This document shows, piece by piece, positions 51,066 to 62,883 of a DNA stretch of 64,000 nt. This DNA is from Heterodontus francisci (taxonomy: Eukaryota). How positions within the stretch are numbered: the first letter of the stretch is position 1; every line of letters begins with the position of its first letter. Below the pieces are notes generated by a model, which saw nothing but the letters and a program-made list of their open reading frames with translations, was not told the DNA's origin and made no database searches. Made by a program: the position numbers and the translations under genes. Location of the stretch: positions 1,302,001-1,366,000 of the forward strand of contig NW_027140807.1 of NCBI RefSeq assembly GCF_036365525.1. The letters are read 5' to 3'.

Positions 51066-52411
51066 TTTGCACCTGAGATTTTAAATCAGCGGCTGGTCTG
51101 CCTTCTCAGGTGAGACGCACTACATCACTTGGACTGTGTCCTGAGGTAAATCGCAAAGAAACAGGCCATTCGGCCCAACACATTCATGCTGCCGTTCATC
51201 CTCCACACGAGCTTCCTCGCTCCCGTCTTCATCTCACCCCATCAGTAGATCCTTCCAAATCTGCCCCACCCCCATTTGTTTATCCAGATTCCCTCTTGAA
51301 TACATCTCCGCTATTCGCCTTATCCCACTCCCTACATCCTCCCACTCTCTGGGTAAAGAAGTTTCTCCTGAATTCCCGATTTTATTTATTAGTGACTATC
51401 TTTCTATTGATGGTTCGGAGTTCCTGACTCCCCCACAAGTGAAAACATCTTTTGCACGTCTACCCTATCAAAAACTCTTTCATAATCTTAAATCCATCCA
51501 TCAGATCACCCCCTCAGCCTTCTCTTTACAGCCCTTCCTGATCATTATAACCTCTCAGTTCTGATATCATCCTTGTCATTCCTTTTTTGCCCCTTCTCCT
51601 GTATCTCTATATCTCTTTAAAATGAATACCAGAACTGGGAAAAGTGCTCTAACTGTGGTCTAAGGAAGATTCTATACAAGTTTAACATGACTTCTCATCG
51701 CTCTATCATGTCCAGGGAACTTTTAGAAGCAGCAATGGATTCCTACTTTGTGCCATGTTTGCAAAAGGACAAAGGGAAATGTACTTACTTTGCTGACTCC
51801 ATAATCGCCTTTCTTTGAAAATGTTTTGTGTCCATATCCCAATCCTTCATTCAACGTCCGCCTTTATCGTTAGAAATTTTTTGAACCTCTTCAACCCAGA
51901 ACCTCGCGTTACCTTCATCTGAAGAGCAAGCAGCATCAGAACTGAACAAAAGAGTAAAACCCTCAATGTTAGAGTTGAGGACCAGGTGCATGGGCGATGG
52001 CTGTTGGTGTGCAGACAGATCAGCTGAAATGATAACAGCACCGCAACAGAACACCTGGGAACTTGCACATCACTGGTTTGGCAGACCTGGGACTCTCTGA
52101 GTGATAGGTGAAGAGATTGCAGTGTACACGATTTACTGTATACATTAAGTGTGTTCCCGTAGCTGGTGCTTCCTGAGATCCTGCAGGTTGTGGAGGGACA
52201 ATGCAGGTAAAGAAAAGGGTAAGGAACGGAGGCAGGGATTGGGATAAGGGGTGAATTGAGAGGGANNNNNNNNNNNNNNNNNNNNNNNNNNNNNNNNNNN
52301 NNNNNNNNNNNNNNNNNNNNNNNNNNNNNNNNNNNNNNNNNNNNNNNNNNNNNNNNNNNNNNNNNNNNNNNNNNNNNNNNNNNNNNNNNNNNNNNNNNNN
52401 NNNNNNNNNNN

Positions 52412-53870
52412 AATGGCCTCCTCCTGTTCCGGTGTAACAGATTCAAGAGGGGCTGAATGTCCTCCTCCTGTTCCTGTGTAACAGGCTCGAGAGGGGCTGA
52501 ATGTCCTCCTTCTTTTCCTGTGTAACACAATGGAGAGGGGCTGAATGTCCTCCTCCTGTTCCTGTGTAACAGACTGGAGAGGGGCTGAATGTCCTCCTCC
52601 TGTTCCTGTGTAACAGACTGGAGAGGGGCTGAATGTCCTCCTCCTGTTCCTGTGTAACAGGCTCGAGTGGGGTTGAATGTCCTCCTCCTGTTCCTGTGTG
52701 GCAGACTGGAGAGGGGCTGAATGTCCTCCTCCTGTTCCTGTGTAGCAGGCTGGAGAAGGGCTGAATATCCACCTTCTGTTCCTGTGTAACAGGCTCGAGA
52801 GGGGCTGAATGTCCTCCTCCTGTTCCTGTGTAACAGGCTCGAGAGGGGCTGAATGTCCTCCTTCTGTTCCTGTGTAACACACTGGAGAGGGGCTGAATGT
52901 CCTCCTCCTGTTCCTGTGTAACAGACTGGAGAGGGGTTGAATGTCCTCCTCCTGTTCCTGTGTAACAGACTGGAGAGGGGCTGAATGTCCTCCTCCTGTT
53001 CCTGTGTAACTGGCTCGAGAGGGGCTGAATGTCCTCCTCCTGTTCCTGTGTGGCAGACTGGAGAGGTGCTGAATGTCCTCCTCCTGTTCATGTGTAACAG
53101 ACTGCATTGGGGCTGAATGTCCCCCTCCTGTTCCTTTGTAGCAGGCTCGAGAGGGGCTGAATGTCCTCCTTCTGTTACTGTGTAACACACTGGAGAGGGG
53201 CTGAATGTCCTCCTCCTGTTCCTGTGTAACAGACTGGAGAGGGGTTGAATGTCCTCCTCCTGTTCCTGTGTAACAGACTGGAGAGGGGCTGAATGTCCTC
53301 CTCCTGTTCCTGTGTAACTGGCTCGAGAGGGGCTGAATGTCCTCCTCCTGTTCCTGTGTAACAGGCTCGAGAGGGGCTGAATGTCCTCCTTCTGTTCCTG
53401 TGTAACACACTGGAGAGGGGCTGAATGTCCTCCTCCTGTTCCTGTGTAACAGACTGGAGAGGGGTTGAATGTCCTCCTCCTGTTCCTGTGTAACAGACTG
53501 GAGAGGGGCTGAATGTCCTCCTCCTGTTCCTGTGTAACTGGCTCGAGAGGGGCTGAATGTCCTCCTCCTGTTCCTGTGTGGCAGACTGGAGAGGTGCTGA
53601 ATGTCCTCCTCCTGTTCATGTGTAACAGACTGCATTGGGGCTGAATGTCCCCCTCCTGTTCCTTTGTAGCAGGCTCGAGAGGGGCTGAATGTCCTCCTTC
53701 TGTTACTGTGTAACACACTGGAGAGGGGCTGAATGTCCTCCTCCTGTTCCTGTGTAACAGACTGGAGAGGGGTTGAATGTCCTCCTCCTGTTCCTGTGTA
53801 ACAGACTGGAGAGGGGTTGAATGTCCTCCTCCTGTTCATGTGAAACAGATTTGAGAGGGGCTGAATGCCC
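52412..53870 (+). repeat. 44-bp minisatellite, about 33 copies visible, immediately upstream of D
   Basis: Unit CCTCCTCCTGTTCCTGTGTAACAGACTGGAGAGGGGCTGAATGT. The 5' end runs into an N gap. Confidence 0.95.
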
Positions 53871-54014
53871 TTTAATTGTGCTACAAAGGTCTAACTAAAT
53901 TTCAGCAGCTCAATCTCAACTGCCGTCACCAGGTGAAAGCCTCGGGAGCCGTTTAAGCGGCGGGGACTTGTAAATTTCGCGTTCCTCTTTTTTGTATGAG
54001 TGTCTATCACTGTG

Positions 54015-54027
54015 GGGACAACAGGGA
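54015..54027 (+). other. TRBD: TCR beta D segment GGGACAACAGGGA (open in all 3 frames: GTTG / GQQG / DNR)
   Basis: 5' 12-RSS: CTTTTTTGT 53987-53995, 12-bp spacer, CACTGTG 54008-54014. 3' 23-RSS: CACGGTG 54028-54034, 23-bp spacer, ACAAAAACC 54058-54066. The GGGACA core is shared with vertebrate Dbeta. Confidence 0.97.
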
Positions 54028-54552
54028 CACGGTGATAAAATCCAATGCAACCTCCGTACAAAAACCTCGCTCTACACACCTGGTGGAGGATCAGCAGAAG
54101 AGCAGTGACAACAGAGTAAAGGAGTCAACATGGCCCAGGATTATGGCGGGAACTGGGCCCTTTTCATCTTAAAGATGTCTCAGAATGGTCCAGCCTTATA
54201 AGTTAGAATATTCCTCTGGAAAAGAGAATAACTGTGTGTCATTTGTGTGGAAACTGGTAACTCTTTAACCTTTAAACCCCACCCTGGTGTCCTGGGACCA
54301 ATATTGATCCCTCAACCAACATCACAAACAATGATCTGCTCATTAATCTCACTATTGTTTGATGGGACTTTCTTGGTACAATATCAGTTGCTGTGTCTCC
54401 CTGTGGTGACCACTTCATAAACAAACTGCTTCATTGGCTGTAAGCTGCTTTGTACGTCCTGATAATCTTGACCAGTGCTTCCGAAATGCTGAGCAGGTCA
54501 GTTTTAGCAATCAGTTTCCGACCGGGTTGATGTAACGAGATCTGCTGACGTG

Positions 54553-54603
54553 CTAACAACGCACCACTCAACTTCGGGACCGGCACCAAACTGACGGTGT
54601 TAG
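54553..54603 (+). CDS. TRBJ: J1: NNAPLNFGTGTKLTVL
   Basis: FGxG motif and phase-1 GT donor. 12-RSS: GGTTGATGT 54525-54533, TGACGTG 54546-54552. Confidence 0.92.
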
Positions 54604-54845
54604 GTAAGAAAAAGGGACGTTTTTTTCCCACTCCCTTCATGTCCAGCTGTTTGCATTCCAAGCTTGTTCTGCCACAACCCTCCGCGGGCGGTTTAAAAAG
54701 TCAGGCTGATGACACTGGCCCTTCTTTCTGGTTTGCAAAGACCAGTCCAATATGACCCTCGTCTGTAAACCACCCCGTCCTGTCTCGTTCAGTTACAAGG
54801 GGAACATCTCCCGGGTCTGTTCATGACTGAGTTTAGAGCATCGTG

Positions 54846-54893
54846 CAGCAGAGATAGCTTACTTTGGCGATGGGACCAAGTTGACAGTGTTGG
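54846..54893 (+). CDS. TRBJ: J2: AEIAYFGDGTKLTVL
   Basis: FGxG motif and GT donor. Heptamer CATCGTG 54839-54845; weak nonamer TGTTCATGA 54818-54826. Confidence 0.9.
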
Positions 54894-55507
54894 GTAAGGC
54901 GACTATGTATTTCTGTTCCTCCAATCGATCAGAATCTATGTTCAGTTAAAAAAGCACCAGGAGTAATGTTCAGATATTAGATACATTAAAGGGTTAACTC
55001 ATGAGGACTGGTTACTCAGACGAAGCTGACAGTCCCTCGAATATAGAATTTTAAGGGCTGATATCATGGAGGGGTTTGAGGTGTTGGATAGATAGAGAGA
55101 GAAACTGCTTCCTCAGGTTGCGGGGAGTCCAGAACAGTTTAAATTATTGCCATTCAGGGATGATATCAGGAAGCACTTCTTCATGCAAAGGTTAGTGGAA
55201 ATGATGGATTCCACCCCGACCCCATAAAAAACAATCAGTTGAGACTGAGGGTCAATTGATAAATACAAATCCAAGATTGATAGAGCTGTGTAAAACAAAA
55301 GTATTGAGGGTTACAGAACCAAGGCGGATTGATGGAGTTAAGATTCAGATCAACCTTGATCGAACTGATCAAAGGGCTGAACGGTCACCTTCTGTCCCCA
55401 TGTTCCACCGACCTTTACGGTCATTGACATAATAGGAACTTCAATGGAACAGACTTAACAGTCGAGAGGGATTGAAGGGGATTTTGTGACAGCCCCATAC
55501 CAGTGTG

Positions 55508-55557
55508 CTCCAATTACGAAGCATATTTCGGAGATGGGACCAAACTGGTGGTTTTAG
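55508..55557 (+). CDS. TRBJ: J3: SNYEAYFGDGTKLVVL
   Basis: Heptamer CAGTGTG 55501-55507, 12-bp spacer, nonamer GATTTTGTG, GT donor. Confidence 0.93.
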
Positions 55558-57066
55558 GTGAGTGAATGCATTCCTAACACTGGAAAAGTTGATTCAATTT
55601 GGGAATTCACGTGAGGTGGTCGAGGGGGTGAAAATATAGAAATTTGGTGAATTAATTTCAATTCTTCAGCTTACAAGGGGAGACCTACAACTGCCGAATT
55701 CGTTTCACTGCAGGGAAGGGTTTTGAGTAGATACATAAGGGAGGGTCGCGAAAATAAACAGAACAAACAGTAATGTAGATACAAATAGAATGATTGCGCT
55801 TGTGAGAGCAAAACAAGAGGACACAGACATAGAACGAAAAATGTCAGATTGCATCGTTCAGTATGCAGTTCTGGTCTGCATATTATAAAATAAATGATGT
55901 AGAGGCTCTGGATGAGGTAAAACAAAACAGATTAACAGCTGTGCTGCCCAAACTGGGACGTTGGAACGATTGGAGAAGGTCGGACAGACTGGGACTCCGT
56001 TCTCGAGAGCAGTAAAGTTTAAGGGGTGACCTGGTAGAGTTCTGTACGATTTTGAAAGGGGTTTCGATAGGGTAGACACACCGAAGTTTTTTCCACTTGT
56101 GGGGAGACCAGAACGGGGAGAGCATAAATGTCAGACACTCAGTAATAAATTCAAAAGGGAATTCAGGAGAAATTTCTTTACCCAGACAGTGGTGCGAATG
56201 TGGAACTCACTACCACAAGGAGTGGGTTTAAAAAAGTAGATTGGATAAAAAAAATTGGATTAAATGAAGGGGATGAGGGGAGTCTCAAGTGGAGTGTAAA
56301 CACTGGTATGGAGCAGATGGGCTGAATGGCCTGTTTGTGTGTTGTAAATTCTATGTAATTCTATATATTCCCTCTTGGCCTCGTGCGGCAATGGATGAAA
56401 CTGTTTTGAGACACACTATTTTCAAGTTACTAATCGAACTGGTGAGCTATCCATATCCAGTGGACAATGAGGTGTCAAGGGCCCCATGACCTTTCCTCAT
56501 TCACCAGGATAATACCGGAATCAAAATAATTTAATTTATGACGATGTGTTGTTTAAAGTAGGGTTGCAGTAAATTGAGAATTGGAGATTCAGGAGTGATC
56601 CAATTGATGTGTTTAAGATAATGATAGGATCTGATATTTCCTCTGGTGTGACGGGTCCAGAACAAGAGAGCAAAACCTTAAACTGATAGCTTGACCATTC
56701 AGGAGTGATGTCAAGAAGGACCTGTTTACAAAATGCCCTGTGGAATCCAGAAATCTCTCCCACAGAAAGCTGAGGGAGTCAGTCGAAAATTTCAAATGTG
56801 TGGTTGATGATTTTTTGATCGGCAAAGATGCTAAAGGTTATGGAACCAAGAGGGCAGGTCGAAGGCGTTAAGGTACAATTGATTTATAATCTAATTAAAT
56901 GTCGGAATAAGCACGAAGGGCTGAATGGTCTACTCCTGTTCCCCAGTTGCTATGTTCCTTTGGACAAAATTTCCTTATACTTGTCGGTTCTCCCTTATTA
57001 TGAGGGGCTCCTTCGGAAAAGGACTCAAAGACAGGAGATGTTTTAATACATGAGTTTATCATTGTG

Positions 57067-57116
57067 CTCTGGTGACATTTATTATTTCGGAGCTGGGACT
57101 AAACTCACTGTTTTAG
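57067..57116 (+). CDS. TRBJ: J4: SGDIYYFGAGTKLTVL
   Basis: Heptamer CATTGTG 57060-57066, nonamer TGTTTTAAT 57039-57047, GT donor. Confidence 0.93.
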
Positions 57117-57327
57117 GTAAGATTATGTTTGCACATGTAGATATTTATATATGTAAACATCTCTTTTCATCTGTAAGTCTTTCTATTTCTTTATCTATCA
57201 ATGTACCTATCTATTTGTTGGTCTGTGGATCCATCTGTCTGTCTGTTTGTCCATCTACTTATCTATTTGTCTGTCCATACATCTGTCTACCCATCGTTGT
57301 ATTTTGGTATTGTTGTTTAGTGCAGTG

Positions 57328-57384
57328 CGGGCGGGTATACCAACCTGCTACATTTTGGGGACGGGTCCAAGTTGACGATTTTGG
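57328..57384 (+). CDS. TRBJ: J5: GGYTNLLHFGDGSKLTIL
   Basis: Heptamer TGCAGTG 57321-57327, nonamer TATTTTGGT 57300-57308, GT donor. Confidence 0.9.
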
Positions 57385-57728
57385 GTGAGTTCAGTTTCTT
57401 TGTTTTCAATGAAGCAAGGGTCACCTGTAAACATCTTGCAAGAAGGATTGAATGAATAATTGGGAGGGACTTAGAGAAAATCTCCTATTGTCAGGACTGC
57501 CACGGTGGATAACTGACTAACAGGTCCATATTTAGACGGGGCAGACAGTCTTGGGAATTCTGAGAGTTATAACTGCAAACTGCCTGGTTAGTCCACGAGT
57601 TTACATTAACTTACAGTAAGCTTGCGTTAACCAGAGGCCACTATCAAATATTAAGGAATGGGGCAGTGAATTTCTTTTCTTCCAGAAGAGAGTTGGGGAA
57701 TGTTTTTGTGATGTGAGGTGATGATGTG

Positions 57729-57787
57729 GGAGCAGGGAGTATTCAGCCTTGTGTATTTTGGAGATGGCTCTAAATTAACAGTCCTGG
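57729..57787 (+). CDS. TRBJ: J6: EQGVFSLVYFGDGSKLTVL
   Basis: Heptamer TGATGTG 57722-57728, nonamer TGTTTTTGT 57701-57709, GT donor. Confidence 0.9.
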
Positions 57788-58527
57788 GTAAGTGAGATGT
57801 TCGTCAAAATATGTCTCTTACTAGCATTGCAAACGTCGACTAGTTTAGTCTCTTCAATTTAAAGAAAGGAGAGAGAATGTGAAAACAGGCAAAAGAGTAA
57901 GCATTGCATTGAAGAAGCAAGAATTTAAATAGCTAAATGTAGGAGATTGGAGGAGGGCTGGTGAGAGAGGAATTTACAACCAGAGATCATGGCTGATCTG
58001 ATGTTGGCCTCGATCCCTCTTTCCTACCTGTTCTCCATAATCCTTGGCTCTGCTCTCTATCTCAGTTTGAATGCATTCACGGACTCAGCCTCCACAGCGC
58101 TGTGGAGTAGGGAATTCCAAAGATTCACGACTCCCTGATCGAAGAAATTCCTCCTCCACTCCGTCCTAAATGAGCGACCCCTCATTCTGAAACTGCGCCC
58201 TTTAATTCTACAGGGGAACATCCTCTCAGCATTTACCCTGTCAAGCGCCCTCTGAATCTTAGAATTTCCCAGACCATCATCCCCCATTCTTCTTCACTCC
58301 AGATGGAGAGCAAACATCAGACAAAACTGGAGGGAGATGGGAAATTAGATTTAAAACAGTGAAAAAGAGACAGAGACAAGGAGATCAATTGTAACAGAAT
58401 ATAAGATAAAGAGCAATAGGGTGGAATAATGAATATAACACAAGGCAAAATGTTCCAACTATGTTCATTAACTATTGTGTATCGAGTTAAAGAAACGCGA
58501 GTTCTGATACAAAAGTGTAACATTGCG

Positions 58528-58579
58528 TCAGGCAACGATGGTTATACTTTTGGGGGTAATTCAAAACTCATGGTTTTAG
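58528..58579 (+). pseudogene. TRBJ: J7: SGNDGYTFGGNSKLMVL, probably non-functional
   Basis: FGxG is altered to FGGN, and heptamer CATTGCG 58521-58527 breaks the invariant GTG/CAC. Confidence 0.82.
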
Positions 58580-59943
58580 GTAAGTGAGATAGAATCGAAT
58601 TAGCTCTTTAAAGGAAAGTGGAATCAGAGGGATGTCTAGTTGAAATTTAAAATTATTCAAACCTAGTTGTGGATATGAGGACCTTATATATAAACATACA
58701 CCTTGTATTTGTGTTCCGGCTTCATGCATTACTTCCGAGCCCCATATGGAATATTTCCTGAAACAAACTAGAGACGTATTGTGCATGTGGAAATCGACAT
58801 GTGATAAGTACCTTGGATATCAGAGGTTGAATGGCCTAATCCAGTCCCTAATGTAGCTAAATCGGCGTAATGCGAGTTGATGATAGGAGTGAGGTACAGG
58901 GACAAATACGTGACAATCAAGAAGTTTAGAATAAAGAGTTGAGGAAGCTGGAAAGTACCTTCGTTAAAGAAGGATTGACGAGGAGTTGAGCAAGGGAGTT
59001 AAGCTGAACCTCGATGAATCGCTGGTTAGGTCCCAGCTGGAGAATTGTGGGTGTCACATGTTAGGATGGATGTCAAGGCCTTAGAGTGGTTGCACGAATG
59101 ATTTATTCGACTGGTTCCAGCGATGAGGGTCTTCAGTTGCGTCTAGAGACTAGAGCAGAGAAAGTTTAGGGGGGATTTGACAGAGGTGTCCAAAGCAATG
59201 AAGGCTTTGGACACAGTACATGCTCAGAAACAATTTCCAATGCTCGAAGCGTTGGTAAACAAAGGGCACAGAGTTAAGGTAATTGACAAAATAAACAGGG
59301 GTGATATGAAGAATAAAACAATTATGCGGTGTGTTGTTATCTGGAATGCGCTGCCTGAAAGGGTGGTGCAAACAGACTCAATAGTAACTTTCAAAAGGGG
59401 GACTGGACAATTACTTGAAGGGGAAATTATTTCTACTGGTGGATGGGTCAATAAACAAAGGTCAGATATTTAAAATCATTGACAAAAGATCTACAATCGA
59501 GATCATTAAAGGGCTGATATAATCGAGGAGCTTGAGGTGTTGGATAGATAGAGAGAAACTGCTTCTTCAGGTTGGGGGGAGTCCAGAACGATTTAAATTC
59601 GAGCCGTTCAGGGGTGATATCAGGAACTCTCCCCGCACCCCCCACAACAAAATAATATACTGTTGAGGCTGGGCGTCGATTGATAAGTTCAAATTCAAGA
59701 TTGTTAGATTTTTGTTAAACAGAAGTATTGACAGTTACAGAACCAAGGTGGGATGATAGAGTTAAGATTCAGAACAACCCTGATCTAACTGCATGGTGGA
59801 ACAGGCTCGAAGGGCTGAACGGCCACCTCCTGTCCACATGTTCCTACGCCCTTTACGGGCCATTGAAACAGTCAGAACTTCAATGGAATAGACTTAACAA
59901 TCTAGACTGGAGGGGGATTTTGCGACAGCCCCATACCATTGTG

Positions 59944-59993
59944 TAATGCGAGAGAAGCATATTTCGGAGATGGGACCAAACTGGTGGTTTTAG
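59944..59993 (+). CDS. TRBJ: J8: NAREAYFGDGTKLVVL
   Basis: Heptamer CATTGTG 59937-59943, nonamer GATTTTGCG, GT donor. Paralogue of J3. Confidence 0.93.
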
Positions 59994-61528
59994 GTGAGTG
60001 AATGCCTTCCTAACACTGGAAAAGTTGATTCAATTCGGGAATTCACGTGGGGTGGTCGTGGGAGTGAATATTTAGGAATTCGGTGAATTAATTTCGACTC
60101 TTGGGCTTAAAAAGGGAGACCTACAACTGCTGAATTCATTTGGAAAGGAGTTTGAGTGGGGACATAAGGGAGGGTCTCTAAAATAAACAGTACAAACAGC
60201 AATGTAGTTCCAAATGAGAACAGAACAAGAGGACACAGACACAGAACGAAAACTGTCAGATTCAATTCTTCAGTATGCCGTTATGGACTGCATATGATTA
60301 AAAAGCAGAGGCTCTGGATAGAGCAAAACAAAACATATTTACAAGTGTGCTCCCAAAATTGAGAGGATATAACCACAGGTCAAGAATGAAGAGGCTGGTG
60401 CTGTTTTCTCCAGAAAAGAGAAGGCAGAGGGGATAACCTGATCGAGGTCTTTAAGATTATGACAGAGGCAAGATGATTCCACTTGTTGAGGAGACCAGAA
60501 CCAGGGGACCATCAATATAAGACAGTCACTAATAAATCAAATATGGAATTCAGGAGAAGCCTTTTCAACCAGAGAGTGGCGAGAATGTGGAACTCACTAC
60601 CACAGGGAGTGGGCTGAGGCGAATAGCAGAGATGTATTTAAGAGGGAAGCTGGATAAACATATGGGGGAGAAAGGAATAAAATGACCTTTTAAAAGGATG
60701 GGGTGAGATGAAGAGGGTGTGAGAAGGATCATGTGGAGCATTTAATCGGCTAGGACGTAGTGGGCTGAATGGTCTGGTTCGCTGCTGAATCTTCGATGTT
60801 ATTTGATGTATTCCCCATTATCCTGAAGCGTTTGAATGGATGAGAAGTATCAAAGGGGATTTTTTTGTTTGTGAATGGACACTGGGTGTTGAATGCACAT
60901 TGAACGGCCTGGGGAACGTGAGCTGAAAGTCCAGGGCAGATTGCGAATGATCTTTCCTCATTTACCAGAATGATGCCGGGATTAAATTATGGGGGCAGGT
61001 TGCTTGGAGATGTTGAGCATTGGAGATTAAGGATTGATCCAACTGATGTGTTTAAGATAATGAGAGGATTCGATAGGGCAGATAGAGCTGCAATTTACGC
61101 GGGTGTCAGAGCCCAGAGCAAGGGTGAGGGTGGAGGGGAGCATTAGCTTAACATTAAAGCTTGGCCGTTCAGGGGTGATGCCAGAAAGGACATAACTGAA
61201 CAAACGGTGATGGAAATCTGGGCCTCTCTCCGCTATGAAACTGCTGAGGCCACAGGGTCAATTGTCACTTCCCAATCTGAGAATGATAGAGCGTTGTTAG
61301 GAAAAGGGTCTGGAACACAAACAGGCTAATGGGGTTACAATACAGATGATTCATGACCTCACTGAATGTCAGAACAAGCTCGACGGGCTGAATGGCCTAC
61401 TCCAGCTACAGTATTTCTATGTTCCTTTGTGCCAATACTCCTGTAGGTTCTTTCTAGTTGTGAAAGGCTCCTTCAGGACAAGAATCAGAGAGAGGTGAGA
61501 GGTTTTGATGCAGGGATTTAGCTTTGTG

Positions 61529-61578
61529 CTCTTCTGATATTTACTACTTCGGAGCTGGTACCAAGTTAACTGTTTTAG
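61529..61578 (+). CDS. TRBJ: J9: SSDIYYFGAGTKLTVL
   Basis: Heptamer CTTTGTG 61522-61528, nonamer GGTTTTGAT 61501-61509. Paralogue of J4. Confidence 0.93.
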
Positions 61579-61733
61579 GTACGTTAGCATCTATATAAAC
61601 ATCTATTGTTCCATCATCCACAATGTATCGGTCTGTGTATCCATCTTTATGTTTATCGATCTACGTAGCTACTTTTCTGTCGGTGTATCGGTCTATCCAA
61701 AGGTGTGTTTTGGTAATGTTGTTCAGCATAGTG

Positions 61734-61790
61734 CAGGCGGGAGCGACCAGCCTTTACATTTTGGAGAAGGTTCGGCTCTAACAGTATTGG
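61734..61790 (+). CDS. TRBJ: J10: GGSDQPLHFGEGSALTVL
   Basis: Heptamer CATAGTG 61727-61733, nonamer TGTTTTGGT 61706-61714. Paralogue of J5. Confidence 0.92.
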
Positions 61791-62340
61791 GTGAGTTAGA
61801 CCTTCATTCAATGAAGCCAGGGATGCTGGGTTCATCTTGTCTGTGCAGGCTGGTGGTCATCTGATGTACTGGCTCTCTGCTCCTTTTCTCCAGCAGGAGA
61901 GAGGAGCATGAATGTGGAGCAGTGTCTATGAGGAGGCTTCCCCTTGCCTTCCCCAGACACGGTGAGAAATGAACCCGTTCTGTAAGCATTGTTCTAACTG
62001 GCACGTTCGCCACCTGAGCTATCTGGTCCCCAACTTGTGTGTACAAGTTAATTAATAATTATGAACAACTCCATGTAAAATCTTCCAGTATTATAAGCAC
62101 TGTATCTGTGGACATCTAACATATTCACAGATGGATGGATAGACGGTACTGTGAATGTTGCTGGCTTTAATGGTCAGGCCCCCTCTCCCCCACCTCCCCA
62201 CCCGGTTATTTTATGCGTGTACTTTGTTGTATGGTCAGCTCATGTTAGTCAAAGGGCAATATCAAATATTAATGAGATGGACACTGAAAACTGGCAGGGC
62301 GCTATTGAGGAATGTTTTCGTGTGGTCACATGATGATGTG

Positions 62341-62398
62341 GGTGCAGGAAATACCCAGCTATCATATTTTGGAGACGGCACTAAGTTAACACTCCTGG
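62341..62398 (+). CDS. TRBJ: J11: GAGNTQLSYFGDGTKLTLL
   Basis: Heptamer TGATGTG 62334-62340, nonamer TGTTTTCGT 62313-62321. Paralogue of J6. Confidence 0.92.
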
Positions 62399-62831
62399 GT
62401 GAGTGAGATATTTGTTGAAACATATCAGTGGTCTCAGTAATTATTAAAACTGTCGGCCAGTTTGTCCCCATCAGTTTGAAGAAAGGGGAGAGACCATAAA
62501 CTTTAGAAAAAAACAAAGAGTAACGAAGCAACAGTTAAAACAACTAAACATAGGGCAATGGCGAGGTGGAAATGGAGGAAGGTTAGGGAGGCAAACCTTA
62601 TCTACAGAGAGACAGATTGGGAGCAAAATGCAGGGAAAAGGGGACGGAAAATTAGAGAGACAAAGATGGGAGAGGTCGAGACAAAGACAAAAGAAATAAC
62701 AAAAAGAGGTAAAGAGGGAAAGGGCGGGGTAACAAATGCAACCCAATACAAAACGATGCAACTGCGCTTAATTAACCGGCGTGTAGAGAGTTAAAGATTC
62801 CCTAGCTTTGTTACAACTGTGTAACATTGTG

Positions 62832-62883
62832 TCAGGGAACAATGACTATACATTTGGCGATGGCACAAACCTCGTGGTTTTAG
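62832..62883 (+). CDS. TRBJ: J12: SGNNDYTFGDGTNLVVL
   Basis: Heptamer CATTGTG 62825-62831, nonamer AGCTTTGTT. Intact paralogue of J7. Confidence 0.92.

Noticed and set aside
51850-52210. Possible decayed exon (LPSSEEQ.., ending in a GT donor) resembling a C domain
   Set aside because: Multiple stops and no conserved Cys/Trp pattern.
50212-53839. Long ORFs (227-623 aa) over the 33-bp and 44-bp arrays, or a CRISPR-like appearance
   Set aside because: These are head-to-tail tandem repeats with no unique spacers. They are open in several frames on both strands only because the units lack stops.
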